Sequence record: MG752970.1
Length of the DNA stretch: 64,000 bases
Strand: one strand, 5' to 3'
Shown here: positions 8,534 to 18,451 of the stretch, piece after piece
Position numbering within the stretch: the first letter of the stretch is position 1
How the letters are laid out: each line of letters begins with the position of its first letter
Translations under genes and position numbers: made by a program
The notes under the pieces: generated by a model
Database searches by the model: none
Told to the model about the DNA's origin: nothing
The model's input: only the letters and a program-made list of their open reading frames with translations

Positions 8534-9907
8534 TTACCAACTGCGCTTATCTTTGATGTCAATAATCCAATCTTTAAACTTGAGTTTAAGTTCGAAGAAT
8601 TGCGTTACCTCATCAAACCAGAAGATCATATCACGATGATACTGTGTTTTTATTCCTCGGCGATAATCGTATCCATACTTATTTTTTGGATCATATTGTG
8701 GGTTTTTCTCAACTTGAAGACCATTTAACATATCTGGGGTCTCCAGCAATTTATGCCCACCCATCTTGAGGTGATTTGATTTGTGAGACTGAAAATCTAC
8801 AATACTACCACTTGGTGGATCGTAAACAGTCTTTCCTGTTGAATAATCATATTTAGACTTTGGCTGGAAATATGATTCAACATCAGAGGATTCGATTCCA
8901 TCTACCACGAAGCTATCGGTATTTGTCTTAGCTATTACTGGTGTGAATTTAGGTCCATAATACTGAGACATCCAGCCGGTCATTCCATGAATTGATGCTG
9001 AATGTTTGTTATCCAGTCTTTTTCTGATACCAGTTCTAAGTCTATTTTCAACCACATCCGGAGAAATTTCTTCAAGAACGGTATCAAATTTAATTAGCTT
9101 TTTGGCGTCGTACGTAATAAACAGAGTATGAGAGTGTTTATCAGTCAAGCCAGCCGCAGTTACCTGTCCATCATTCACTAGATGGTTCATCAGGTATTCT
9201 TCAGCTTCTTTTTCTGTGTATGGCTTTTTGGCATCTTCAGCCTTGATCACTTCGGGGGTTTTCATGAAATACAGACGTTTATGTTCCGTCTCGTAAATCA
9301 CGTAAGTTTGATCTAGGTTGATTTTTCCAAAATCTGGAAATATATAGTTGAAATACCCGTACGTGACCTTTCCAAAGAAAATCCCCTTTGTATCATTCTT
9401 TAGCTCAACATAGTCACCAAGCTTCAAATCCGCAAGCTTCATAGACTTCGCGTAATGAACTGCTGATGAAGCCTGCGCCGCTTTATAAATTTCAGAATTT
9501 ACTGGGAGAAGAACAACCTTCGACCCATTTCCTTTGTCCCATCCCCAAACACAATCTTCGCTCATCACACCTTCGGAAATGTTGCAGTGGCCTAGCAGTT
9601 TAGCCAAATTGCCAGATGAAATTTCCAATTCGAACCCGCGCGGATCTTCAATTCGCCACCAAGTAGTAGTGTCATTCCACCCACCACCATGCGTAACATT
9701 TTTAGATATTCGCATGCCCTTCATGGGAGCATTATCTAAAATTTCCTTGCTGAAAACGTTACTCGACCAAGAGTTAATCGTCTCTTGACGCTTTCTGCAC
9801 GCAGCATTTTCTTCGTAATAGGTAGCAAAACCCAATTTGGTTGCTACACCATGCCTAGATTGATATCCTATGTAAAACTTTTCAGGAATGACGATTTTTT
9901 CGTTCAT
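8534..9907 (-). CDS. Hypothetical protein (457 aa)
   Basis: Long ORF on the coding strand; no recognised domain. Confidence 0.75.
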   Translation of the reverse strand: MNEKIVIPEKFYIGYQSRHGVATKLGFATYYEENAACRKRQETINSWSSNVFSKEILDNAPMKGMRISKNVTHGGGWNDTTTWWRIEDPRGFELEISSGNLAKLLGHCNISEGVMSEDCVWGWDKGNGSKVVLLPVNSEIYKAAQASSAVHYAKSMKLADLKLGDYVELKNDTKGIFFGKVTYGYFNYIFPDFGKINLDQTYVIYETEHKRLYFMKTPEVIKAEDAKKPYTEKEAEEYLMNHLVNDGQVTAAGLTDKHSHTLFITYDAKKLIKFDTVLEEISPDVVENRLRTGIRKRLDNKHSASIHGMTGWMSQYYGPKFTPVIAKTNTDSFVVDGIESSDVESYFQPKSKYDYSTGKTVYDPPSGSIVDFQSHKSNHLKMGGHKLLETPDMLNGLQVEKNPQYDPKNKYGYDYRRGIKTQYHRDMIFWFDEVTQFFELKLKFKDWIIDIKDKRSW

Positions 9908-9925
9908 AGTTTACCTTAGTTTAAA

Positions 9926-10729
9926 TTACCATGGATGATTGCGGGTTTTCTTACTGCGTGGCTTAGATGACCAATTACGATCGTAGATAAATCCAGGATT
10001 GATAGTGTTTCCTTCGCGAACATAACGCTTGCGCGAAACACTAACTTTGACAAATGTTCTATCCATGTCTTCGTGAGCCAGAGCGCACCGGTGAACATCG
10101 TACGGAGTCATTTGAATCACACTGTACGGGTCGTAAGTGATGATCTGGTCCTCATCCAGCCCCTCTGCGATACGATCAAACACCTTCAGTGATGTTTCAC
10201 AGTCACCATCTTCCAAAGGAAAGACAGCATTGAAAAATTCAGTAGGAAGTTTATCGTAGCAGATATATGTGTGACTTACTGGACCCGTTTCGCGCACCAA
10301 CTCCTTAGTCTTCTTTCCAGTAATGTCTACTTGTTTTCCATCTTTGTCAGAGATGAATGCGTCAGAATGCGCACCTGCTCGTCGATGGGTGGCATTTGCC
10401 TTTACGGTTTTCTGATCAACCGTGATGTACACGTAATGATCTTCTTCGTAAAACCCATATTGCGATTCACGAGCGTGAATCATGGTCAGAAGCTCACCAA
10501 AATTGTCCAGAATTTCAACCGGAATCTTCCAGCCCTGTTGGGGCATGTGAAGAGGCAAATCAAGAACGCGAATTCCTTTCCAGTCAGAAAAGCGTTGGGT
10601 ATTAACCAACTTGCCAATAGGAACACCAACATGGGGTCTCAAGCCAAATTCCTCGATATTCCACATTTGCCTATCTCGGCGAACAAGAGATGGGAATCGC
10701 AGGGACGAAATGATCTTTTCAAAGTTCAT
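9926..10729 (-). CDS. Putative 2OG-Fe(II) oxygenase-like (double-stranded beta-helix) protein
   Basis: RRAGAHSD (HxD), YDVHR (distal His) and RTFVKVS (Arg) spacing. Confidence 0.5.
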   Translation of the reverse strand: MNFEKIISSLRFPSLVRRDRQMWNIEEFGLRPHVGVPIGKLVNTQRFSDWKGIRVLDLPLHMPQQGWKIPVEILDNFGELLTMIHARESQYGFYEEDHYVYITVDQKTVKANATHRRAGAHSDAFISDKDGKQVDITGKKTKELVRETGPVSHTYICYDKLPTEFFNAVFPLEDGDCETSLKVFDRIAEGLDEDQIITYDPYSVIQMTPYDVHRCALAHEDMDRTFVKVSVSRKRYVREGNTINPGFIYDRNWSSKPRSKKTRNHPW

Positions 10730-10735
10730 GTGAAA

Positions 10736-10759
10736 ATGGGAGGATTTTCACCCTCCCAT
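10736..10759 (-). terminator. Intrinsic terminator after nampt
   Basis: ATGGGAGG/CCTCCCAT 8-bp stem. Confidence 0.55.
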
Positions 10760-10779
10760 CCTGTTGAAGTGTTGTTCTA

Positions 10780-12177
10780 TTACTTACTGGCGTTTGCCCG
10801 AACTTCTTCGAAAGTCATGTCGCGCAGGAGTTCACCATTGCGATACACAACTTCGAGAACGGTTTCGGTAGGAGTCTTGATGAATTCCTCTTCACGCATT
10901 GTGCGATATTCACCATTCATGGTTTCACGAACAAGCTTGAGACGACCCTTCTTACTCTTCTTGCCTTGGTCAGTGATAGGATCCTTGAAGATATCACGCC
11001 CTTCACCATTCACTTGCATCCACGAGCACTTCATTGCGAACTTGAGAGTATCGCGATTGATGCCTTGAAGAAGAGCACCGCCCATACCGAAGGCGATGTT
11101 GTCTGCCGAGAAGCCATTCAGCTCCATGTTGGCCAGAATCGCACGGATAGAACGAATGTTGACACCATCACCTTGAATCAGGCGAACGTTGTTGAGAACG
11201 CGGTAACCCTTATCGTTGGTGGTTGTGCCAAATTGCTTAGCAAGAATGTTCAAGCACTTCATCACCGTGGTTTCCGGATCACCAGAGTCGGGACGAATGA
11301 CCAGGGTTGCACCGGAATCGACGACTTGCGTCTTCAGTTCCTTACCCCAGATATTTTCACATGCATTGAAGATATCGTAACCATCCGAGACGACTGCATA
11401 GATTGCACCCGGCTTTGCGAAGGCATCAACGCAGCGCTTGAACTGTGCTACTTCACCTTCACGGCCACCTGCGGTTGTAGTGCTGTGTTCAGCTGCGGGA
11501 ATACTGAATGCTGGCATGTCCTTCACATTGTAGTACTTGCGAGCAAACAGAATTGCTGTCATGGTATCAGTGCCCATGAAATTGATCAGGTGACCGAGAC
11601 CGCCAATTCCAGCACTTTCAAAAGAGCTTACACCACGAGCACCAAAATCGTGTAGCTTGAATGAGATGCCAGAAACATCGCCAGTTTCTTCAAGATACTT
11701 TGCGATAATCTTCTTGCATTCGTAGGATTGAGTTGCTACCGTTGTTGGATACCATACTGCACGAAGAAGTGCGGTTTCCAGATACGATGTCAACCAGAAG
11801 CACTTTGGGTCAGTGTTCTCGATCGTCACGAGAACATTCTTGGTAGGAATGACGCTGCCTTCTGGAACAGCCTTGATTTCAACAGGGAGCTTGCCGCCAA
11901 GCTCGTTGACGATGTACTTCCAACCTTCGTAGTTGAACGGTTCACCATGTGCTTCCCACAGAAGCTTTGCTTCTTCAACCTGATCCATGGTGATTGGATT
12001 GGTCAAATATTGCTTGATGAACATTTGCAGACCGAAAAACACGGTAGCATCGTATTCACCACCTCGTGATTCAATGTACGAGAAAACACGCTCCGTGCCT
12101 TCTGGATACTGGAGGAAGTGGGATGCCTTGTATGAATCGGTATTGAGCAACAGGTTGTTAAGTTCGGTGTGTGACAT
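10780..12177 (-). CDS. nadV: Nicotinamide phosphoribosyltransferase
   Basis: TDSYKASH, LHDFGARG, PAAEHST, VVSDGYD, VIRPDSGD, LIQGDG, FGMGG, RDT.KFAMK motifs. Confidence 0.95.
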   Translation of the reverse strand: MSHTELNNLLLNTDSYKASHFLQYPEGTERVFSYIESRGGEYDATVFFGLQMFIKQYLTNPITMDQVEEAKLLWEAHGEPFNYEGWKYIVNELGGKLPVEIKAVPEGSVIPTKNVLVTIENTDPKCFWLTSYLETALLRAVWYPTTVATQSYECKKIIAKYLEETGDVSGISFKLHDFGARGVSSFESAGIGGLGHLINFMGTDTMTAILFARKYYNVKDMPAFSIPAAEHSTTTAGGREGEVAQFKRCVDAFAKPGAIYAVVSDGYDIFNACENIWGKELKTQVVDSGATLVIRPDSGDPETTVMKCLNILAKQFGTTTNDKGYRVLNNVRLIQGDGVNIRSIRAILANMELNGFSADNIAFGMGGALLQGINRDTLKFAMKCSWMQVNGEGRDIFKDPITDQGKKSKKGRLKLVRETMNGEYRTMREEEFIKTPTETVLEVVYRNGELLRDMTFEEVRANASK

Positions 12178-12297
12178 TTGAAAACTCCTTTCAAAAGTTT
12201 AGTGGATTAGCGAATGATCTTCTTCGAACACTCGCTGTTGGTATTAATATTTTACTGTGTACTGCACCCTAAGAGAAATATCCCTTAGGTAATTTGA

Positions 12298-12702
12298 TTA
12301 GTAATCGTCGCTTGATAAATAATCGGAATCATCATCGTCATATCCATCATCTACTTCATACTCATCATCTCTTGGGTCATAATCAGAATCATGAATGTAT
12401 TCCACTATTTTAGCAGAATAATCATCCACGAATTCATCGCGTAGTTGACCCACATCTACGTCGATCCATTCACCAGAAATAGAATCAAAATATGAAACTG
12501 CATTAATTTCGACGCTTTCTGGTTCATCTGGTTCTAGCTGAAGACCGGTTCCGCGTTCTCGTGCTCCACGACATGCGGCTGAATAGTCATAGACAATCTT
12601 GATAGTACAGTCTTCGAAATTTTCGTCGAATTCCCTATCCTCAATCATATAGGATAGATCAACACCGTCAAATTCAATTGTATCAGCACCGCTCTTTGGC
12701 AT
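12298..12702 (-). CDS. Acidic hypothetical protein
   Basis: ORF with D/E-rich C-terminus. Confidence 0.65.
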   Translation of the reverse strand: MPKSGADTIEFDGVDLSYMIEDREFDENFEDCTIKIVYDYSAACRGARERGTGLQLEPDEPESVEINAVSYFDSISGEWIDVDVGQLRDEFVDDYSAKIVEYIHDSDYDPRDDEYEVDDGYDDDDSDYLSSDDY

Positions 12703-12708
12703 TTGTAT

Positions 12709-13182
12709 TTATTCGTCCTTGATGAAGTGATTGTATGCAAATTTAACAAGGCTCTTATGGAGCTCTCTTCCATCTGCTTCGAATTCTGCATCGGTCATCC
12801 AACGAACATCACCAGTTTCAAAGTGAGGTTTGTCAAAATGCTCGATATCTTTGATTTTAGCTACATAAATGCCCATTCCAAGATGAACACCAATGTAAGT
12901 AGAAGACTCAATGTTATTCGTTCTCAAACCTAGCTCTTCCTTACCTTCACGGAGAGCTGCTTGTTTGATGTTTTCTCCATCGTCTATCTTTCCCTTTGCT
13001 ATTTGGAATCTGTCTCCACCATATGCCGGGTTAGATGGAACCATGAAGAGCATGCGAATTTGGCCATCTGGGAATTTTTTGAATGGAATCACTCCTGCGC
13101 GTTTTGGCAATCGCGTGACCTTTTCTCCATCGTCCAGTTCCCGTTCTTCTGTGTTCTGTAGTAGGTTCTTAATTAGTTGCAT
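12709..13182 (-). CDS. Nudix hydrolase
   Basis: Nudix box GKIDDGENIKQAALREGKEELG. Confidence 0.85.
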   Translation of the reverse strand: MQLIKNLLQNTEERELDDGEKVTRLPKRAGVIPFKKFPDGQIRMLFMVPSNPAYGGDRFQIAKGKIDDGENIKQAALREGKEELGLRTNNIESSTYIGVHLGMGIYVAKIKDIEHFDKPHFETGDVRWMTDAEFEADGRELHKSLVKFAYNHFIKDE

Positions 13183-13202
13183 GATTAATCCTGTTGACCT
13201 AC

Positions 13203-13210
13203 TATTTATG
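13203..13210 (-). promoter_or_regulatory. Late-promoter-like CATAAATA
   Basis: 20 nt upstream of the Nudix ATG. Confidence 0.5.
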
Positions 13211-13265
13211 TCACAAGATGTAACAGGGAAGAGTCACTGAGAAATTAATCTCAGCAACTCTTTAA

Positions 13266-13829
13266 TTACACGTAAGCTTGTAGAACTTGATTTGGATCTG
13301 CAACAGCAGCAACACCCGCAGGTTCGAAGCTCCAGTTAGATCCAGAACGAACTAGAGAACCAACGTGCAACGCGGTTTCAGCGCCATATTGACTGACGGA
13401 ATATCGTGCTAGAACATCACCGGTATCCACGTTTTCCAGATCAAATTTAGCATTAGCAATTTGACTGAAATTCTGACCTCGTTTAGCATATTCGTGAATG
13501 AATACGTAAAGGTCGATTTGAACCTTATCTGCTGGAACATTTGGTAGAGTGATGAAAACTTCTTCGTCTTCGCCACCATCGCGCACATCCTTTGGAATTT
13601 CTACCCCATGTGCCTTCTTGTTATTGAAGAATGCAACGTCGGTAGCTGCTCCTAGCTTCCCATTAGTATCCAAAACGAATGCGAAAATGTCTAGATCAAA
13701 TCCATACTGAGAATTCTTCAGTGGATGACTATCCCAGTGCAAACGACCTTTAAGGTTTACCAAAGAAGGAGCCACCTTCGTAAGGTCAAGAACCATTGCT
13801 GCGTTTTTGTTAAGATCAAGCATTAGCAT
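13266..13829 (-). CDS. terD: TerD/TerZ family stress protein
   Basis: LHWD...FDLDIFAF...VAFFNN...DVRDGGEDEEV..L..VP; start at 13829 after a GAGG SD. Confidence 0.85.
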   Translation of the reverse strand: MLMLDLNKNAAMVLDLTKVAPSLVNLKGRLHWDSHPLKNSQYGFDLDIFAFVLDTNGKLGAATDVAFFNNKKAHGVEIPKDVRDGGEDEEVFITLPNVPADKVQIDLYVFIHEYAKRGQNFSQIANAKFDLENVDTGDVLARYSVSQYGAETALHVGSLVRSGSNWSFEPAGVAAVADPNQVLQAYV

Positions 13830-13866
13830 GTTAGTTTCCTCGTTAACTGGTGTACGATGAAATATT

Positions 13867-14877
13867 TTATTGAGAAACATTCCTACGGTTCTCGATAATT
13901 GAGTGAATGGTCGCAATCGTCAAAACTACAACTGCTGATAATCCGGTAATGATATCGGGGATTTCGATAATGGTATTAGCAAACATCATGCCTGCTAGAA
14001 TACCGATTGACCAAAATGCTCCGTGTTCTAGATATTGAAGCTCACCCAGAGTTCCCTTATCAACCATATGAATAGTCATTGACCGAACAAACATCGCTCC
14101 CATACCAAGACCCAATCCAATGATGATAATGTTGTTTGAGATTGCAAATGCTCCAACTACTCCATCGAATGAGAATGATGCATCGAGAACGTTTAGGTAA
14201 ATGAATGATCCCAATCCAACCTTTGCTGCTGACGCAGTTCCTCGACCCTCAAGGAATTCACCAAGAAGATGAACAACAATCCAAGCAATCCCACCGAATA
14301 GTGCAGCATACATGAAATCTTCACCTTCATGCAGAAGAGCTCCAACCCACAAGACCGATGCAGCCGCAAAAACAACAGTTGATACGGTAGAGTTTTGAGT
14401 GAATTTTCCTAGAAACTGCATTACCTTTTCAATACCAGGAATCCAATGATTTTCTTTTTCTTGATCAAAGAAGAATGATAGAAAAACCATCAATAGGAAT
14501 GTTCCACCAAATCCGGCAATACTGACATGGGCGGCAGTTACCGTATCTGCATACCTTTTAGCATCTTCAAATGGTAGCAAAACCGATTGAACGAATGACA
14601 GTGAACTGGTTCCCCATACAATAAGAATTGGGAACAAAACCCGAACACCAAACACGGCAAATAACATACCCCATGTTAGGAATCGGTGTCGCCACTTGTC
14701 GTCCAAAGTTTCTAGAACCTTTGCATTGACTACCGCATTATCGAGAGACATTGATACTTCAAGCATCCCTAAAATAATGGTCTGAATTGCTGCAGCAATT
14801 CCACCCGCCATGAAATAGGTGATAACCACCGAAATAAAAGCAAAGATGAAACTTCCTTTATAATATTTTGCAAACAT
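13867..14877 (-). CDS. DUF475 / TerC-like integral membrane protein
   Basis: LEVSMSLDNAVVNAKVL, LDASFSFDGVVGAFA, YLEHGAFW motifs; multiple TM helices. Confidence 0.85.
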   Translation of the reverse strand: MFAKYYKGSFIFAFISVVITYFMAGGIAAAIQTIILGMLEVSMSLDNAVVNAKVLETLDDKWRHRFLTWGMLFAVFGVRVLFPILIVWGTSSLSFVQSVLLPFEDAKRYADTVTAAHVSIAGFGGTFLLMVFLSFFFDQEKENHWIPGIEKVMQFLGKFTQNSTVSTVVFAAASVLWVGALLHEGEDFMYAALFGGIAWIVVHLLGEFLEGRGTASAAKVGLGSFIYLNVLDASFSFDGVVGAFAISNNIIIIGLGLGMGAMFVRSMTIHMVDKGTLGELQYLEHGAFWSIGILAGMMFANTIIEIPDIITGLSAVVVLTIATIHSIIENRRNVSQ

Positions 14878-14887
14878 GATTTTTCCT

Positions 14888-15565
14888 TTAACCGATCCAT
14901 GCCTTGAGCTTTTCATTGCAGATAAGCTCATAGAAAGAATCGTCGGTCATAGAATGAGGATTTGGGATGTGTGCGAAAGCAACGTGTGGATACTGATTAG
15001 CAATTCCTTGCAAATACAGCAAATTCACCTGATTTCCAATTGCAATGAATTGATAGAAAGTGTTACCATTTGTTCCTGCCAGCACATGTTCAAACTTTGA
15101 ATTATCACCTGCATCTCCGTCTGTGATAATTCCAGCATATTGTCGCATTTGTGGCTCTGAAGCTTCTTTCTTACCACCAAACAGTCGACCAAAGAATCCA
15201 GTTTTTTCTGGTTCTACGGTCTGCTCAAATGCATCAATGATTGGTGCGTATGAGGTCCCGCTGTGTGCTTGGATGTGGCGTCCCTTTGTTTTCAGATACG
15301 AACCAACGTCGTCAGCTACCGCATTTTCGGTCAAACGCATTGATGTATCAAAGAAACCAATATCAAGTTCGCCATTGTCATCAAACTTCATGGCGGCAGC
15401 GATAAACAGGTCAATGGTGCGTTGAACCCAACCATTGGCAAATTCTTCACTCATTGAACCTGACTTGTCAATGGCAAGTTTGGTAACCATAGTTGGGATA
15501 TTTACGATCCCTGCTTTTTGTAGATTTAGTTCAAATTTCTTTGAGAGATCGAGTGCAATAGTCAT
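14888..15565 (-). CDS. vWA domain protein (TerF/TerY-associated type)
   Basis: MIDAS DKSGSM, FDDNGELD, GTSYAP, IITDG, FYQFIAIG. Confidence 0.8.
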   Translation of the reverse strand: MTIALDLSKKFELNLQKAGIVNIPTMVTKLAIDKSGSMSEEFANGWVQRTIDLFIAAAMKFDDNGELDIGFFDTSMRLTENAVADDVGSYLKTKGRHIQAHSGTSYAPIIDAFEQTVEPEKTGFFGRLFGGKKEASEPQMRQYAGIITDGDAGDNSKFEHVLAGTNGNTFYQFIAIGNQVNLLYLQGIANQYPHVAFAHIPNPHSMTDDSFYELICNEKLKAWIG

Positions 15566-16699
15566 TTAGACCACTCCTGATTGTTGAAGTTGTTGGAGAT
15601 AATCACGTTGACCTTGTGCGATCAATTCACGATCGGCCAGACGTTTCGCTTGTGCATCTTGTTGAATCTTTCCCACATCAGCCAGAGTTTCCAGAGCGCG
15701 CTTACGAATGTGTGTAAGAGTGTCATTTTCCAGTGCAGCAGTGTTCAAGACAGTGGCGGCACCAATTGCTGCTTCCTTGGCTGAATCTGCGGATTTCTTC
15801 GCACTATCATTCAGCAATTGACGAGAATTCTGAACTACCTGAAGAGCTTTCTTGCTGTCAAGACTTGCCATATAGGTGACAAAATCCATCTTGATCAATG
15901 GGATGGCATCCTGGATGGTGTCTCGTAAAACCATAATCGAGGTACGTGCCGTCTCAATTTGGTTCATAATTTTTGGTGCGTTATTCTCAGCCATCGCCTT
16001 GCTTCGAATAAATGAATCAATCCGAATACGCAAACGATTCAGCGTCGCTTCTGCGCGTGAACGAGCTTGCATCTTCATGGGAGCATCGGGATCGTTGACA
16101 TCCGGAACCGGATAATTTTTGATGGATTCTACCAACTGACGTTCTATTTCTTCAGCCTTTGAAATATCATCCATCAAATTACGATACGCCTCGTAATTCT
16201 CTTTGTACAACTGCTCAAGATCGCGCACCCACTCGGTTTCCACCGCGATGTGATTGTTCATCTTGACTTCTAATTCGTCAAACGCTTTAGATGCAGTTTC
16301 AAATTGCTTTGAGAAGAGCTTACGGAAATCAGTAAACTTATCCTGAAACCAGCCACTTATACCAGTCTTTGCAATTGACGCAGGGTCTAGACGTGAGACT
16401 TCGAAGCGAACATTATTCAGCATTTCGCCGAGCTCATCGAACTTGCCCATGGTCATTTTCCCAATAACCTTATCGGTCGTAAGCTTGACCTTTTGTCGCG
16501 AATCTGCTCCTAATCTTTCAACATCATCATCTGTGATTGCAATGATGGACGTAGGAATATTTCGCTGCGCCACAGCAGAACCCAGCGGCGATTTAACTGG
16601 GGTCGTTGATGCTGGAACAGGAAGATTAGAGTTATCTGTTGATGTGAAAACCGGTGCAGCAGCTTTCAACTTAGACAACGGTGAGGGTTTCGTTTCCAC
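15566..16699 (-). CDS. telA: Toxic anion resistance protein TelA/KlaB family
   Basis: Long coiled-coil with TelA-like pattern, adjacent to Ter genes; GTG start. Confidence 0.7.
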   Translation of the reverse strand: METKPSPLSKLKAAAPVFTSTDNSNLPVPASTTPVKSPLGSAVAQRNIPTSIIAITDDDVERLGADSRQKVKLTTDKVIGKMTMGKFDELGEMLNNVRFEVSRLDPASIAKTGISGWFQDKFTDFRKLFSKQFETASKAFDELEVKMNNHIAVETEWVRDLEQLYKENYEAYRNLMDDISKAEEIERQLVESIKNYPVPDVNDPDAPMKMQARSRAEATLNRLRIRIDSFIRSKAMAENNAPKIMNQIETARTSIMVLRDTIQDAIPLIKMDFVTYMASLDSKKALQVVQNSRQLLNDSAKKSADSAKEAAIGAATVLNTAALENDTLTHIRKRALETLADVGKIQQDAQAKRLADRELIAQGQRDYLQQLQQSGVV

Positions 16700-16747
16700 G
16701 ATTTTATGTATTTGTATAGATATGAAGATTGTACTTCATTAAAGTAC

Positions 16748-16773
16748 TAAATGGTAGCCTAGGCTACCATTTA
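16748..16773. terminator. Palindromic terminator
   Basis: TAAATGGTAGCCTAGGCTACCATTTA perfect inverted repeat. Confidence 0.6.
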
Positions 16774-16775
16774 GA

Positions 16776-17813
16776 TCAATACCCGATAAACGCGCAACCA
16801 ATGTCCCAGTGATCTTCAAACATTTGGCCCCTCATTTTTCGGAATTCTTCGAATGTGAACCACTTAGCCTCTTCTGCATCGTCATCTCCCTTAACTTTTG
16901 GAAGACCCTTGCCCATTTGAGACAGTTTGAAGTGGAATGCCATCGTGATGATTCTTCCACGTGTGGACCGTTTTGGATGGTCAAAGATTTTTTCAGAGAC
17001 GATTGCCCTATTCAAAACTTCTCGCTGCAATTTAATCCGTGTTTCTTCCACCAGTTCACGGATAGCGGCATCACGATATGTGTCATTACCCACATATCCA
17101 CCAGGAAGTGCCCAAAGACCTTTGCCTGGAGCATGCTTTCTCTTTACCAGTAGAATATGTCCACTTTGCGTCACCACTGCATCCGCAGTATTAAATGTTG
17201 GCTTATACGGAGAGAAAGCCCAGCGTGCATCGTGCTCGTCCTGGAAATTTCTCCATTCTACAAGATACTTGTAAGAATCCGTTTTCATGAAATCCTGAAG
17301 AAAACTGAAAACGTTGGGATGCACAAACATGCGGATGCTCTTCATCACACCACGCAGATACGCTTCACGAATTTCTGTTGCATTGATATGATCGTGATAT
17401 TCTGCCTCGACTAGATCCCATTGAGGAAACGCATTCAGATACCACGTGGTGGCGTCCTTGTCGTATCCGATTAGACCGATCTTTTCAATCGTCTTCTCAG
17501 GATGCATGTCTTTAAACTCGCTGACCCGCGATTGAACGTCACCAATCCATTTGTCATTGTTATAGATGGTGTCTTCATTTCGCATGATCGTGAGATGATC
17601 CTTAATCTCCGTGTCAACGAAGCAGGATCCAATCATTTGTGCGCGCTCTGAAAACGTGAATGGATTGTCAATATCCCTTGGAATGCCGGTACTGCCGATG
17701 ATAACCAAAACTTCTTCAGCCATCGAGTATGCTTTCTCGATCAAAGAAATATGGCCATCATGGATAGGTTGAAATCGTCCGATAAGGACTAGAAGATCGT
17801 ATTTTTTACTCAT
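16776..17813 (-). CDS. nadM: Bifunctional NMN adenylyltransferase / ADP-ribose Nudix hydrolase (NadM-Nudix)
   Basis: GRFQPIHDGH (HxGH), NPFTFSER, INATEIR, GLWALPGG..AIRELVEET, DDAEEAKW, FEDH. Confidence 0.93.
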   Translation of the reverse strand: MSKKYDLLVLIGRFQPIHDGHISLIEKAYSMAEEVLVIIGSTGIPRDIDNPFTFSERAQMIGSCFVDTEIKDHLTIMRNEDTIYNNDKWIGDVQSRVSEFKDMHPEKTIEKIGLIGYDKDATTWYLNAFPQWDLVEAEYHDHINATEIREAYLRGVMKSIRMFVHPNVFSFLQDFMKTDSYKYLVEWRNFQDEHDARWAFSPYKPTFNTADAVVTQSGHILLVKRKHAPGKGLWALPGGYVGNDTYRDAAIRELVEETRIKLQREVLNRAIVSEKIFDHPKRSTRGRIITMAFHFKLSQMGKGLPKVKGDDDAEEAKWFTFEEFRKMRGQMFEDHWDIGCAFIGY

Positions 17814-17866
17814 AGGACTCCCCTATTAGTTGGTTGGAAAAGGTCAGCATTCGGCTGCTGACCTAG

Positions 17867-17874
17867 TATTTATG
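17867..17874 (-). promoter_or_regulatory. Late-promoter-like CATAAATA followed by a hairpin in the nadM leader
   Basis: Motif plus AGGTCAGCA/TGCTGACCT 9-bp stem at 17841-17864. Confidence 0.45.
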
Positions 17875-17891
17875 ATGATTAATTTTTGAAC

Positions 17892-18221
17892 TTACGTTCG
17901 ACCGAAGTCACTTTCGTCCTGGATTTCTCCGTTGCAATCGATGAGAACGCGAATACACTTAACATGGCCACGCCGAGCCATTAGATTCAATTCATCAAAG
18001 ATTGTTTTTGAATTTGTGATAATTCGCGAAAATTTGTCACCCATGTACGTCTTGACGAAATCGCGTTGAAGTTGAATGTCAGGAGATACCTGTGAAAGAT
18101 CATTTTGGAACTTTGTGGACAGTTTCAGAAGCCGTGAAAAATTGGCATCAGAACCCGTAGACAACAGCGCCGCGATGGTGTAGTAATCTGACCATTGATT
18201 CAATTCACTGACGGTGCGCAT
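17892..18221 (-). CDS. Hypothetical protein
   Basis: ORF; start codon uncertain (MRTVSE chosen). Confidence 0.5.
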   Translation of the reverse strand: MRTVSELNQWSDYYTIAALLSTGSDANFSRLLKLSTKFQNDLSQVSPDIQLQRDFVKTYMGDKFSRIITNSKTIFDELNLMARRGHVKCIRVLIDCNGEIQDESDFGRT

Positions 18222-18451
18222 GTTTGACCCCATAGAGTAAATATGGTCTAAGTTTTTCTTTCTTTGGTTGTGTTTGCACTTGCCTCCATTTTTCTGGTGA
18301 AACAAGTAAAAGCGGTATCTTTCTCAACACATCATCCTCCTAGTGCTACGGTAAAACCTACAGAATGATCCCAGATGAAAAAGTCCAATGTAATGATTGA
18401 CACTACATTGGACTCTGTAGGAGGACTCTGAGACCCTCTGGTGTGTTCGTA

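Noticed and set aside
10271-11655. Long plus-strand ORFs (10271-11068 and 10966-11655; similarly 18443-19144, 22265-23146, 52564-53682)
   Set aside because: Antisense shadows of well-supported minus-strand genes with biased codon use; no recognisable motifs or SD
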